DNA of 63,720 bases, filler included, from Chiloscyllium plagiosum (taxonomy: Eukaryota), in assembly GCF_004010195.1 (NCBI RefSeq). It is 5 parts of 2 records of this genome, joined end to end, with 100 filler letters (N's around TTAATTAATTAA, not from the genome) between each part and the next. Parts side by side here need not be neighbours in the genome. Positions count along the whole stretch, not along the records: positions 1 to 15,473 come from NC_057716.1; 4 more parts are not named here. One strand, written 5' to 3'. Every line of letters starts with the position of its first letter. Positions within the stretch are counted from its first letter, which is position 1. Positions 1-10,249 of the stretch are shown here, piece by piece. The translations under genes and the position numbers were made by a program. The notes under the pieces were generated by a model, which saw nothing but the letters and a program-made list of their open reading frames with translations, did no database searches and was not told the DNA's origin.

Positions 1-390
1 CGAAGATAGGTTGAGAGTGCTAGGCCTTTTCTCATTGGAACGGCGAAGGATGAGGGGTGACTTGATAGAGGTTTATAAGATGATCAGGGGAATAGATAGA
101 GTAGGCAGTCAGAAATTTTTTCCCCGGGTACAACAGAGTGTTACAAGGGGACATAAATTTAAGGTGAAGGGTGGAAGGTATAGGGGGGATGTCAGGGGAG
201 GTTCTTTACCCAGAGAGTGGTGGGGGCATGGAATCCGCTGCCTGTGGGAGTGACAGAACCAGAATCATTGGCGACCTTTAAGCGGCAATTGGATAGGTAC
301 ATGGATGGGTGCTTAAGCTCGGACAATGTTCGGCACAACATCGTGGGCCGAAGGGCCTGTTCTGTGCTGTATTGTTCTATGTTCTGTATT
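1..390 (+). mobile_element. CR1 LINE 3' end
   Basis: LGLFSLERRRMRGDLIEVYK...TRGHKFK ORF2 C-terminus, GGGCCGAAGGGCC stem-loop, TGTTCTATGTTCT tail. Confidence 0.9.
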
Positions 391-1510
391 CTAATTTGCC
401 TATCGGACTAACAGATCCATGTGAGCTGCCATATCACTTGCCCTTCACTCCTCCCTAGAGCATCTTGACATCAAGAACAGCTACATAAGAATCCTACTCA
501 TTGACTACAGTTCAGCCTTCAACACTATTATCCCCTCGAGGCTGATTACTAAACTGAGTGATCTTGGACTAAGCCCCGCTCTCTGCCTCTGGATCCTCAG
601 TTTGTGACCCACAGGCCACAATCAGTGAAGATTGGGGACAAATTTCATTGTCACTAACACTCAACACTGGAGCCCCCAGGATGCTTCCTTAGTCCCCTAC
701 TGTACTCACTGTGACCCATGACTGTGTCGCCAAATATCAGATTAATACCATTTACAAGTTCACTGATGACACCACCATAGTCGGTGGCATCTCACATGGT
801 GACAAAACAGACTACAGACAGGAGGTGGAAGACCTGGAAAAATGGTGCACTGAGAACAATGTGGCTCTCAATACCGGCAAAGCCAAGGAACTCATTATTG
901 ACTTCCGGCGGGATATTACTCATGTTCACCTACACATTAACAGCACAGAAGTGGTGCAAGTGGAGAGTGTCAAGCTCCTGGGAGTGGTCATACACAACAA
1001 GCTTTCTAGAACTCTTCATGTAGACGCACTGGTTACAAAGTCCCAACAACGTCTCTTCTTCCTCAGGCAGCTGAGGAAATTTGACATGACGGCAAAAACC
1101 GTTGCCAACTTTTATAAGTGCGCCATTGAGAGAATTCTGTCTGGATGTATCTCTACTTGGTATGGCAACTGGACCATTCAAGATTGGAGACGGTTATAAA
1201 GTATGGTGAACTTGGCCTGGACAATCACAAAGTCCAACATCCCATCTATAGAATCCATCTACAGGTCCGCTGACAAGGAAAGACCGTCAACATTCTCAAA
1301 GATCCATCCCATTCTGGCAATGCTTTTCTACAACCTCTACGATTGGGGAGAAGGTACAGAAGCCTGAACACACTCTACAGCTGGTTTCGAAACAGTTTCT
1401 ACCCTACTGTTGTTACAATACTGAATGGCCTCACAAACTCTTAACATTCGTCTGTACCTGTGTTTTTGTTTTTGCCGCTGTTTACCTATTATTTACTTAT
1501 CTATGCTACT
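391..1510 (+). mobile_element. Rex1/Babar-type LINE, RT C-terminal part and 3' UTR
   Basis: THDCVAKYQINTIYKFTDDTTIVG...QRLFFLRQLRKF...SGCISTWYGN; highly similar to 35425-36540. Confidence 0.85.
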
Positions 1511-1627
1511 TAGATTCATTTGGGGCATCTCCAATGGCAAGCAATATGAATGGAATACCTTTATCCCAATCATTCAGGTAATCCTGACAGTATTCTCTCA
1601 ACATGGTCTTCAAGGTCTGATGCCACT
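1511..1627 (-). mobile_element. Gypsy LTR-retrotransposon integrase fragment
   Basis: WHQTLKTMLREYCQDYLNDWDKGIPFILLAIGDAPNES, the helix following the integrase catalytic Glu; truncated by the gap. Confidence 0.75.
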
Positions 1628-2127
1628 NNNNNNNNNNNNNNNNNNNNNNNNNNNNNNNNNNNNNNNNNNNNNNNNNNNNNNNNNNNNNNNNNNNNNNNNN
1701 NNNNNNNNNNNNNNNNNNNNNNNNNNNNNNNNNNNNNNNNNNNNNNNNNNNNNNNNNNNNNNNNNNNNNNNNNNNNNNNNNNNNNNNNNNNNNNNNNNNN
1801 NNNNNNNNNNNNNNNNNNNNNNNNNNNNNNNNNNNNNNNNNNNNNNNNNNNNNNNNNNNNNNNNNNNNNNNNNNNNNNNNNNNNNNNNNNNNNNNNNNNN
1901 NNNNNNNNNNNNNNNNNNNNNNNNNNNNNNNNNNNNNNNNNNNNNNNNNNNNNNNNNNNNNNNNNNNNNNNNNNNNNNNNNNNNNNNNNNNNNNNNNNNN
2001 NNNNNNNNNNNNNNNNNNNNNNNNNNNNNNNNNNNNNNNNNNNNNNNNNNNNNNNNNNNNNNNNNNNNNNNNNNNNNNNNNNNNNNNNNNNNNNNNNNNN
2101 NNNNNNNNNNNNNNNNNNNNNNNNNNN
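1628..2127. other. Assembly gap (500 N)
   Basis: Run of N. Confidence 1.
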
Positions 2128-2728
2128 GCAGCCACTGTTTGAGAAATGCTGTAAGCTGGCCTTCCTCTTCCAGTTCGGGAAGGCCCAGCAAACGAATATT
2201 TTTTCGACGACCTCGATTATCGAGGTCGTCAATGTGATTCTCTAAGGTCCGGACTCGCTGTTTGAGAGTCCGGACCTGATCCACAGCCAATTGTGCTGTA
2301 CTTTCGGAGGTCGCGGCCTTTAACTCCGCCCCTCCGACTCGGCGCTCGATCTCCTTAATGTCTCGGTCGTGCTTCTGCAGCGCGGCCGAGAGTGAGTCCC
2401 ATCGACTTCGGGATTCTCTAATGAAAGCGTCGATCTTCGCGTCCAGTTTGGAGATCATCTCCACAAGGCTTGTCACTGTAGGTAAGTCCCCCGGGGCGGC
2501 TGTGGACGCCTCAGCTGTAGCTGGAGAGGGTGGGGGAGGGGTTCCTGCTTGTCGACAGCTGCGGGCACCCTTCCCTTTAGTCATTTTTACTAAAGATTAG
2601 ATAGTTTAAGTTTAATATTAAACAACTAATTAAATTAAACAGTTATTATAAATGATTTGGTGAGTGTGAGTCTTGGGAGGAGCACTGTAGACTCAGACTT
2701 GCTGGGTCGCCGCCATCTTGGATCCCCC
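2128..2728 (-). mobile_element. L1-clade LINE 5' end: 5' UTR plus ORF1 N-terminus (coiled coil, start of RRM)
   Basis: ORF from ATG at 2584 open to the gap: ...RVRTLENHIDDLDNRGRRKNIRLLGLPE, the L1 ORF1p signature; the terminus reads GGGGGATCCAAGATGGCGGCG. Confidence 0.85.
2711..2720 (-). promoter_or_regulatory. YY1-type motif (CAAGATGGCG) at the L1 5' terminus
   Basis: CGCCATCTTG on the + strand, 8 nt inside a G-run terminus; same arrangement as the human L1 promoter start. Confidence 0.6.
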
Positions 2729-2892
2729 AAATAGCCTGTTTAACCTCTTCATAATCTCTTTGACACCTCATCTGACAGTGCGGCAATACCTCACTAGCTT
2801 AGAGCTTGGATTAGTACTTGGGAGTATGTTGTCATTGCTATTACTCAGACTTGGTTAAGGGAAGAGCATGATTGGCAATTAAATGTCTCAGG

Positions 2893-4962
2893 TTTAGTGT
2901 GCAGGTTTGCTCGCTGAGCTGTAGGTTTGATATCCAGACGTCTCGTTACCTGGCTAGGTAACATCATCAGTAGCGATCTCCAAGTGAAGCGAAGCTGTTG
3001 TCTCATGCTTTCTATTTGTATCTTTCTCCTGGATGGGGTTCCTGGGGTTTGTGGTGATGTAATTTCCTGTTCATTTTCTGAGGGGTTGATAAATGGTATC
3101 TAGATCTATGTGTTTGTTTATGGCATTGTGGTTGGAGTGCCAGGCCTCTAGGAATTCTCTGGCGTGTCTTTGCTTAGCCTGTCCCAGGATAGATGTGTTG
3201 TCCCAGTCGAAATGGTGTTTTTTTTCATCCGTGTGTAGGGCTACGGGGGAGAGAGGGTCGTGTCTTTTTGTGGCTAGCTGGTGTTCGTGTATCCTGGTGG
3301 CTAACTTTCTTCCTGTTTGTCCTACGTAGTGTTTGTGGCAGTCCTTGCAAGGAATTTTGTAGATGACGTTGGTTTTGTCCATGGGATGTACTGGATCTTT
3401 TAGGTTTTTTAGTTTTTGTTTGAGAGTGTTGGTGGGTTTGTGTGCTACTAGGATTCTGAGGGGTCTTAGTAGTCTGGCTGTCATTACTGAAACTTCTTTG
3501 ATGCATGATAAGGTGGTTAGGGTTTCTGGCTGTGATGGTCTGCTTGTCGTGGTTTGTTCTTGAGGAATCTGCAGACTGTATTTTTTGAGTATCTGTTCTT
3601 CTTGAATACGTTGTAAAGGTGGTTCTCCTCTGTTTTGCGTAGTTCGTCTGTGTTGCAGTGTGTGGTGGCTCATTGGAATAGTGTTCTGATACAGCTTCAT
3701 TTGTGTGTGTTGGGATGGTTGCTGGTGTCGTTAAGTATTTGGTCAGTGTTTGTCGGTTTTCTGTATACGCAGGTTTGTAATTCTCCCTTGTCCTTTCTTT
3801 CGACTGTGACGTCCAGGAATGCGAGTTTGTTGTCGGTTTCTTCCTCCTTGGTGAACTTTATGCCTGTGAGGGTGTTGTTGATGATGTTAAATGTCTCTTC
3901 AATCTTGTTTCGTTTTGTGATGACAAAGATGTTATCTACATAGCGGATCCAGATTTGTGGTTTGATGGTTGGTAGGGCTGTTTGTTCTAGTCTTTGCATT
4001 ACCACGTCTGCTATGAATCCTGATAGCGGAGATCCCATGGGTGTGCCATTGGTTTGTTTGTAGATTATGTTGTTGAAGGTGAGGCACAGGTCCACTAGCT
4101 TCATGATGTTTTCGTTGGTAATGTGATTGATGGTGGTTGGTGTGTGTGTGATGGTCTCTTCTAAAAGTGTGATAAGTGTTTCCTTTGCCAGGTCGATGTT
4201 GATGGAGGTGAACAGTGCTGTTATGTCGAATGAGATCATTGTTTCATCTTCCTCTATTTTGGTGTTTTTGATGATTTTTAGGAATTCCTCGGTGGAGTGG
4301 ATGGAGTGCTGTGACTCTTCTACTAGGTATTTCAGTCTTGCGTGTAGTTCTTTGGGCAGTCTATAAGTTGGCGTTCCGGGTAGTAAGACTATGGGTCTGA
4401 GGGGGTCTCCTGGTTTATGGATTTTTGGTAGTCCGTAGAATCGTGGGGTGTTGGTCCCGTCATTCCCCATGCAAGGACTGCCACAAACACTACGTAGGAC
4501 AAACAGGAAGAAAGTTAGCCACCAGGATACACGAACACCAGCTAGCCACAAAAAGACACGACCCTCTCTCCCTCGTAGCCCTACACACGGATGAAAAAAA
4601 ACACCATTTCGACTGGGACAACACATCTATCCTGGGACAGGCTAAGCAAAGACATACTAGAGAATTCCTAGAGGTCTGGCACTCCAACCACAACGCCATA
4701 AACAAACACATAGATCTAGATACCATCTATCAACCCCTCAGAAAACGAACAGGAAATGACATCATCACAAACCCCAGGAACCCCATCCAGGACAAACATA
4801 TAAAGAAAAAAGCAGGAGACAATAGCTTCGCTTCACTTGGAGGTCGCCACTGATGATGTTACCTAGCCAGGTAATGAAACGTCTGGATATCAAACCTACA
4901 GCTCAGCGAGCAAACCTACACTCTAAACCTCAACCTGAGCTACAAACCTTCACAAACCTTGC
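2893..4962 (-). mobile_element. Penelope-like element (RT + GIY-YIG, 5'-truncated) with an inverted second copy of its 3' end (4461-4962, +)
   Basis: PRFYGLPKIHK...GTPMGSPLSG...WIRYVDN RT motifs; NVIYKIPCKDCHKHYVGQTGRKL..RIHEH GIY-YIG motif; 2893-3360 is an inverted copy of 4461-4930; TSD ATGTCTCAGG. Confidence 0.92.
4847..4886 (+). ncRNA. Minimal type I hammerhead ribozyme motif in a Penelope pseudo-LTR
   Basis: CCA-CTGATGA-T-GTTACC-tagcca-GGTAAT-GAAA-C-GTC-TGG. The inverted partner at 2934-2973 (-) carries GAAA>GAGA. Confidence 0.75.
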
Positions 4963-5082
4963 ATGTCTCAGGATATTGATGCTTCTGGCAGGATAGAGAG
5001 GGAGGTAAAAGGGGTGGAGGAGTTGCATTACTGCTCAAAGAATATATTACAGTCGTGCTAAAGGACGGCACTATGGAGGACT

Positions 5083-5391
5083 ATGGTGACATCACTTCCT
5101 GTTCCTTTTCTCGAGGGTGGTAGATGGGGTCTAACTCGGTGTGTTTGTTGATAGAGTTCTGGTTGGAATGCCATGCCTCTAGGAATTCTCGTACACGAGT
5201 TCCAACCAGAACCACAGGAAATAAAATCACCACAGGAAATGATATCACCCACCCAAAAAAACCCAAACATATAAATAGAAAGCAGGAATTTTCAGCATTG
5301 CTTCACCTGAGGTCTACTGAAGATGTTCCTATTAAGGTAACAAGACGTCTGGAAATGAACCTTTCAGCTCAGCGAGCAAACCTACATCCAA
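5083..5391. mobile_element. Short Penelope remnant with inverted structure (about 5083-5200 minus, 5204-5391 plus)
   Basis: REFLEAWHSNQNSINKHTELDPIY on the minus strand, then a pLTR on the plus strand with a decayed CTGAAGA...GACGTC motif and GCTCAGCGAGCAAACCTAC end shared with 4900-4920. Confidence 0.75.
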
Positions 5392-6059
5392 AAGTTGTAT
5401 AGGACTTTGGTTTGGCCACATTTGGAATACTGCATACAGTTCTGATCGCCACATTACCATAAGGATGTGGATGCTTTGGAGAGGGTGCAGAGAAGGTTCA
5501 GCAGAATGTTACCTGGTATGGAGGGTGCTAGCTATGAGGAGAGGTTGAGTAGATTAGGAATATTTTCATTGGAAAGAAGACGTTTGAGGGAGACCTGATT
5601 GAGGCCTACAAAATCATGAAAGGTATAGACAGGGTGGATAGCAAGAAACGTTTTCCCAGAGTGGAGGACTCAATTACTAGGAGGACTCATGAGTTCAAAG
5701 TGAGAGGGGAAATGTTTAGGGGAATATACAGGAGAACCTCCATTATCCGAATACCAATTATCTGAAGGAGATCTCAAGGTCCCAACAGAAACATTTACAT
5801 CAAAGACGTGTGTCCAACTCTGATGGCGTCTTTTGTTTACAGTGCTTAAAAATGCTGCCGAGAACAGTCCTGGACTGATGGGGAGCACAGGACTGTCTCT
5901 AACCGCCCACCCTCTCTCTCTCTCTTCCCACACTTTCCCTGGAGTTCTACACAGGCATGTACCCTAACCACCCCCCACCCCCAACTTCCCCAGATAATCT
6001 CTCTAACATTATCCTGCACAGGGCCAAAGTGGAACCTGTCAAAAAGTTGCAGTAAAAAG

Positions 6060-6092
<33 letters not shown>

Positions 6093-6792
6093 CTCAAAGT
6101 TTGTGAGAAGACTTGTAGCTCGGGTGCTCGTTGCTGTGGTTCTGTTCGCCAAGCTGGAAGTTTTTGTTGCAAACGTTTCGTCCCCTGTCTAGGTGACATC
6201 CTCAGTGCTTGGGAGCCTCCTGTGAAGTGCTTCTGTGGTGTTTCCTCCAGCATTTATAGTGGCCTGTCCCTGCCGCTTCCGGTTGTCAGTTTCAGCTGTC
6301 CACTGTAGTGGCCGGTATATTGGGTCCAGGTCTTTGTGTTTGTTGATGGAGTTTGTGGATGAATTCCCTGGCTGTTCTTTGTTTCGCTTGCCCTATAATG
6401 GTAGTGTTGTCCCAGTCAAATTCATGTTGCTTGTCGTCTGCGTGTGTGGCTACTAGGGATAGCTGGTCGTGTCATTTCGTGGCTAGTTGATGTTCGTGGA
6501 TGCGGATCGTTAGCTGTCTTCCTGTTTGTTCTATATAGTGTTTTGTGCAGTCCTTGCATGGGATTTTGTACACTACATTAGTTTTGCTCATGCTGGGTAT
6601 CGGGTCCTTCGTTCTGGTGAGTTGTTGTCTGAGAGTGGCTGTTGGTTTGTGTGCTGTTATAAGTCCTAGTGGTTGCAGTAGTCTGGCTGTCATTTCAGAG
6701 ATGTTCTTGATGTATGGTAGTGTGGCTAGTCCTTTGGGTTGCGGCATGTCCTCGTTCTGTTGTCTTTCCCTTAGGCATCTGTTGATGAAATT
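6093..6792 (-). mobile_element. Penelope-like element 3' part (second family), inserted in a (GT)n tract
   Basis: ATLPYIKNISEMTARLL...NVVYKIPCKDCTKHYIEQTGR; GTGTGT on both flanks; same family as 56546-57358. Confidence 0.88.
6169..6208 (-). ncRNA. Minimal hammerhead ribozyme motif
   Basis: Minus strand GCA-CTGAGGA-T-GTCACC-tagaca-GGGGAC-GAAA-C-GTT-TGC. Confidence 0.7.
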
Positions 6793-7601
6793 GTGTGTGT
6801 GTATCCTATTTGGAGACTCACCACCCAAAAGGCAGTAGCAGCACCAGCAGTCTTGTTGTGGGCGTCCAGTCTGGCTACCCTGGAGAGGGCGGGGCAGTGT
6901 TGGACAGGTTTGGCGGCGTGCAGTGTTGGATGGGGTTTGGAGGGGGGGCCAGCAAGGGCTCGCGCTCGCTGTGCTGCTGCTCATCTCCTGAACGGGGAGC
7001 AGACTTAATGGAAAACTCTGAGCCCCACTTATCCGAACAAAATAGTGCCCGCCCATCTCGTTCGGATAATCAGGGTTCCCCTGTCCATAGAAAGCTCTTT
7101 ATGCAGAGGGTCGTGGGTACCTGAAATGCTTTGCCAGTGGAGGTGGTAGGGGTGGGAATGATAGCATCACTTAAGATGTATCTAGACAGATACATGAATG
7201 GGCAGGGAGCAAACCTTAGAAAATAGACGGCATATTTAGATAGAGGATATAGATCGCACAGGCTTGGAGGGCCGAAGGGCCTGTTACTGCACTGTAATGT
7301 TCTTTGTTCTTGTTCTAGCTCTGCCTACCAGTTTTGTTTGAACTGCCGTTACCCATAACTCTTTGGACCACTCCATCTAGCCAACTTTTCAAATGAAATA
7401 AAGGAGGCTTCAACATCTTTCTCATCAAAATTTGGCAGAGTTTTGACATGTTTATATATGTCACTACATTCTTTTTTAATCTCATTCCTGTTAACTTGAC
7501 TTTGCTGACTAAGTTGCAACTTCTCAAATTCAAATTCTCTCTCCTTTTATGTCTCCCTTTCTTCTCTCTATCTGTCTTTCTTCTCTACTTCTTTGGTCAG
7601 C

Positions 7602-7648
7602 CTCTCTCTCTCTCTCTCTATCTCTCTCTCTGTCTCTCTCTCTCTCTC
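7602..7648 (+). repeat. (CT)n microsatellite
   Basis: Direct inspection. Confidence 0.95.
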
Positions 7649-7860
7649 AGAGGGCAGTGGAGGCCCAGTCTCTGGATTCATTTAAGAAAGAGTTGGATAG
7701 AGCTCTCAAGGATAGTGGAATCAAGGGTTATGGAGATAAGGCAGGAACAGAATACTGATTAAGGATGATCAGCCATGATCATATTGAATGCTGGTGCAGG
7801 CTCGAAGGGCTGAATGGCCTACTCCTGCATCTATTGTCTATTGTCTATTGTCTCTATTGC
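7648..7860 (+). mobile_element. CR1 3' end with (CTATTGT)n tail
   Basis: RAVEAQSLDSFKKELDRAL; same subfamily as 42255-42650 and 12698-12990. Confidence 0.85.
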
Positions 7861-8191
7861 TCTCTCTATCTCTCTCTGTCTCCCTTTGTTTATTTTCTAA
7901 CTCCATTTTCCTCCTTTGTAATTTGTTTTTCTACCTCTGCTGCACTTGTCTGTTTCTCTGACACACCTAACTGTTTGAGTCACTCCCTTACAATTTCAGC
8001 TTTACTGGAATGAAGAACAAAAGAACATAATTTATTTAAATTGAGAAAAACTGCAATATAAAGGACTTGGTACATGTAACACAGAAAACTAGTGCACAAG
8101 TGTAGCAGGTAATCAGAAAGGCTAATGGAACATTGACCCTTTTGAAATTTTGACTACAACTGGAGTACTCTGAGCAGTTTTAATCCCCTTA

Positions 8192-8372
8192 TTGTTAGAA
8201 AAACACGTCTGGTTCACTAATGTCCTTTAGGGAAGGAAACTGCTATCCTAACCTGGTCTGGCCTACATGTGACTCCAGACCCACAACAATATGGCTGACA
8301 CTTAACTGCCTTCTGGATAATTGGGGATAATAAATGCTAGTCTGGCTAGTGACACCCACATCCCCATGAATT
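8192..8372 (+). mobile_element. SINE-like non-autonomous element sharing 5' and 3' blocks with the LINE at 44270-50210
   Basis: CTGGTTCACTAATGTCCTTTAGGGAAGGAAA...GTGACTCCAGACCCAC block joined to an AATAAATGCT...CCCACATCCC tail; a second copy on the minus strand near 18455-18645. Confidence 0.65.
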
Positions 8373-8384
8373 AATTTTTAAAAA

Positions 8385-9500
8385 AGCACAATATGCCCTT
8401 TGGCCCACCACGTCTGTACCAACCAACAAATTGCAAACTACACTAATCCCATTTACCTGCACTTGGTCCATTGCCTACTATGACCTTGTATTTTAAATGC
8501 ATGTCCAAGTGCCTCTTAAATGTCGTGAGAGTACCTGCTTCCACCACTCTGTCAGACAGTCTTAGATGTGTCTGTCATGGGGACAAACGTCTTACCATCT
8601 ACCCTGTCTCTGCTGCTTAGAATGTTGCATACCCCAATGAGACTTCCCCCTCAGCCTCCTCTGCTCCAAGGAAAACAGTCTCTCCTCATAACTGAAACTT
8701 TACATCCCAGACAACATCCTGGTGAATCTCCTCTTCATCCTCTCCAGCATAATCACATTCTTCTGATACCATGGCAGCCAAAACTGCACACACCATTCCA
8801 TCTGTGGCCTAACCAATGTTTTATAAAGTTGTAACTAAACTACCTTGCTCCTAATATCTACACCGCAGCTAATGAAGGCAAGCATCCCCTATGCCATCTT
8901 CATCATCTTGTCTATATGTGTTAACACCTTCAGAGATTTATGGACTTGTACACCAATATTCCATTGTTCTTAGGGACCTAGGGACTTACCATTTATAGAA
9001 CATAGAACATGGAACAGTTCAGCACAGTACAGGCCCTTCGACCCTCGATGTTTGTTCCGACCTTTTATCCTACTCTAAGATCAAACTAACCTACATGCCC
9101 TTCATTTTACCATTATCCATGTGCCTATCCAAGAGTTGCTTAAATGTCCCTAATGTATTTGACTTTATGTGTAAATCCTTCTCTTATTAGGCCTCCCAAA
9201 ATGTATCACCTCACACTTTTCAGAATTAAATTTCATCTGCCATTGCTCTGCCTAATTTACCAGCTGATCAATATCAAACTGCAACCTGACACCATCCTCC
9301 TCACTGTCAACAACACCAACAGTTTTTGTGTCATCTTGCAAACTTGCTAATTATACCTTCTATATTCACATCCAAGTTGTTAATATACATAAACAGCATT
9401 GATCCCTGTAGTTCACTGCTATAATCACAAGTTTCCAATCACAAAAACAACTTTTCACCTTTCCCCTTTGCCTCCTATTTGCATGCCAGTTTTGAAATTC
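8385..9500 (-). mobile_element. Old CR1 3' part with a nested younger CR1 3' end (about 8995-9165)
   Basis: Degenerate antisense CR1 ORF2 motifs; AGAACAT repeats at 8996-9016. Confidence 0.7.
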
Positions 9501-9855
9501 CATTTCATCGTCTGCACCTGTTATTTGTTGAGACTAGCTTAGTCAGAGGACTCAGTGTACTGGCTCAGCTGATGGTTGACACTCTTTGATGGTGACACTA
9601 CCATTTAGGCCCCTAAGTTCCTATCCTTGACTGACTATCCTCACCTTAGACCCCACACTGTGGACAACAGACCTATTTCCTATTTCACTCCTCCAAGCAC
9701 CTGATTCTATACTGAGTTCTCCCCTGGGTTCCCCTCCCACTCCTTGATCCCCCCAACTCCACTCCACAATCCCACTCAGCACTGACTACCTCTTGACAGT
9801 CTTGGCCTCTGCAAGCTGCACCCACTCCCCCTCTTTGTGACTTAACTTAACTCAG

Positions 9856-9995
9856 TTGAAAAGTGTGGCTGATGAAGGGCTTATGCTTGAAACATCGGCT
9901 CTCCTGCTCATTCGATGCTGCTTGACCTGCTGTGCTTTTCCAGCACCACACGTTTCAACTGACAATGCAACATCTGTAGTTCTCACTTTCTCTTC
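9856..9995 (+). mobile_element. Penelope pLTR-derived mini-element with a decayed hammerhead
   Basis: CTGATGAAGGGCTTATGCTTGAAACATC at 9869-9896; degenerate TSD TTAACTTAACTCAG / TTAAGTTAAGTCAG. Confidence 0.75.
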
Positions 9996-10249
9996 TTTAA
10001 GTTAAGTCAGTAAAACTGAAGACAGAGCTGGTTGAAGTGAACTGAAAAATTAGTTAAAAAGTAAGATGGTAGAGAACTAGTGGCAGCACATGTCTAGTAT
10101 TTTTCATTGAGAAAGAAGACCCTATGAGAATGAAGCAGCATTCCATGGCTAGCCAAGAAAATTACAGATGGTTTCATATTGAAGAAGAATGTACAAATTA
10201 ACAACAATATATATTAGTTAAAAAACAGCAAACGAGGTATAAGAAGGTA

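Larger units (their letters stand above)
2800..5082 (+). mobile_element. CR1 APE-endonuclease fragment (about 2800-2892 and 4963-5082), split by a Penelope insertion
   Basis: Degenerate WISTW.YVVIAITQTWL...R.GGKRGGGVALL reading continues across the insertion; 10-bp TSD ATGTCTCAGG at 2883-2892 and 4963-4972. Confidence 0.75.
5729..7083. mobile_element. Non-autonomous Tc1/mariner (pogo/Tigger-like) DNA transposon containing a nested Penelope
   Basis: TIRs CAGGAGAACCTCCATTATCCGAA / TTCGGATAATCAGGGTTCCCCTG; TA at 5727-5728; same TIR family as 32740-33106. Confidence 0.75.
5392..7315 (+). mobile_element. CR1 3' end (5392-5728 and 7084-7315), split by a MITE
   Basis: PHLEYCIQF..PHY.KDVDALERVQRRF...; resumes after the MITE and ends in a GTTCTTT tail. 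Confidence 0.85.

Noticed and set aside
1425..2584. Long ORFs spanning the N run
   Set aside because: Artefacts of translating Ns; they join unrelated Gypsy and L1 pieces
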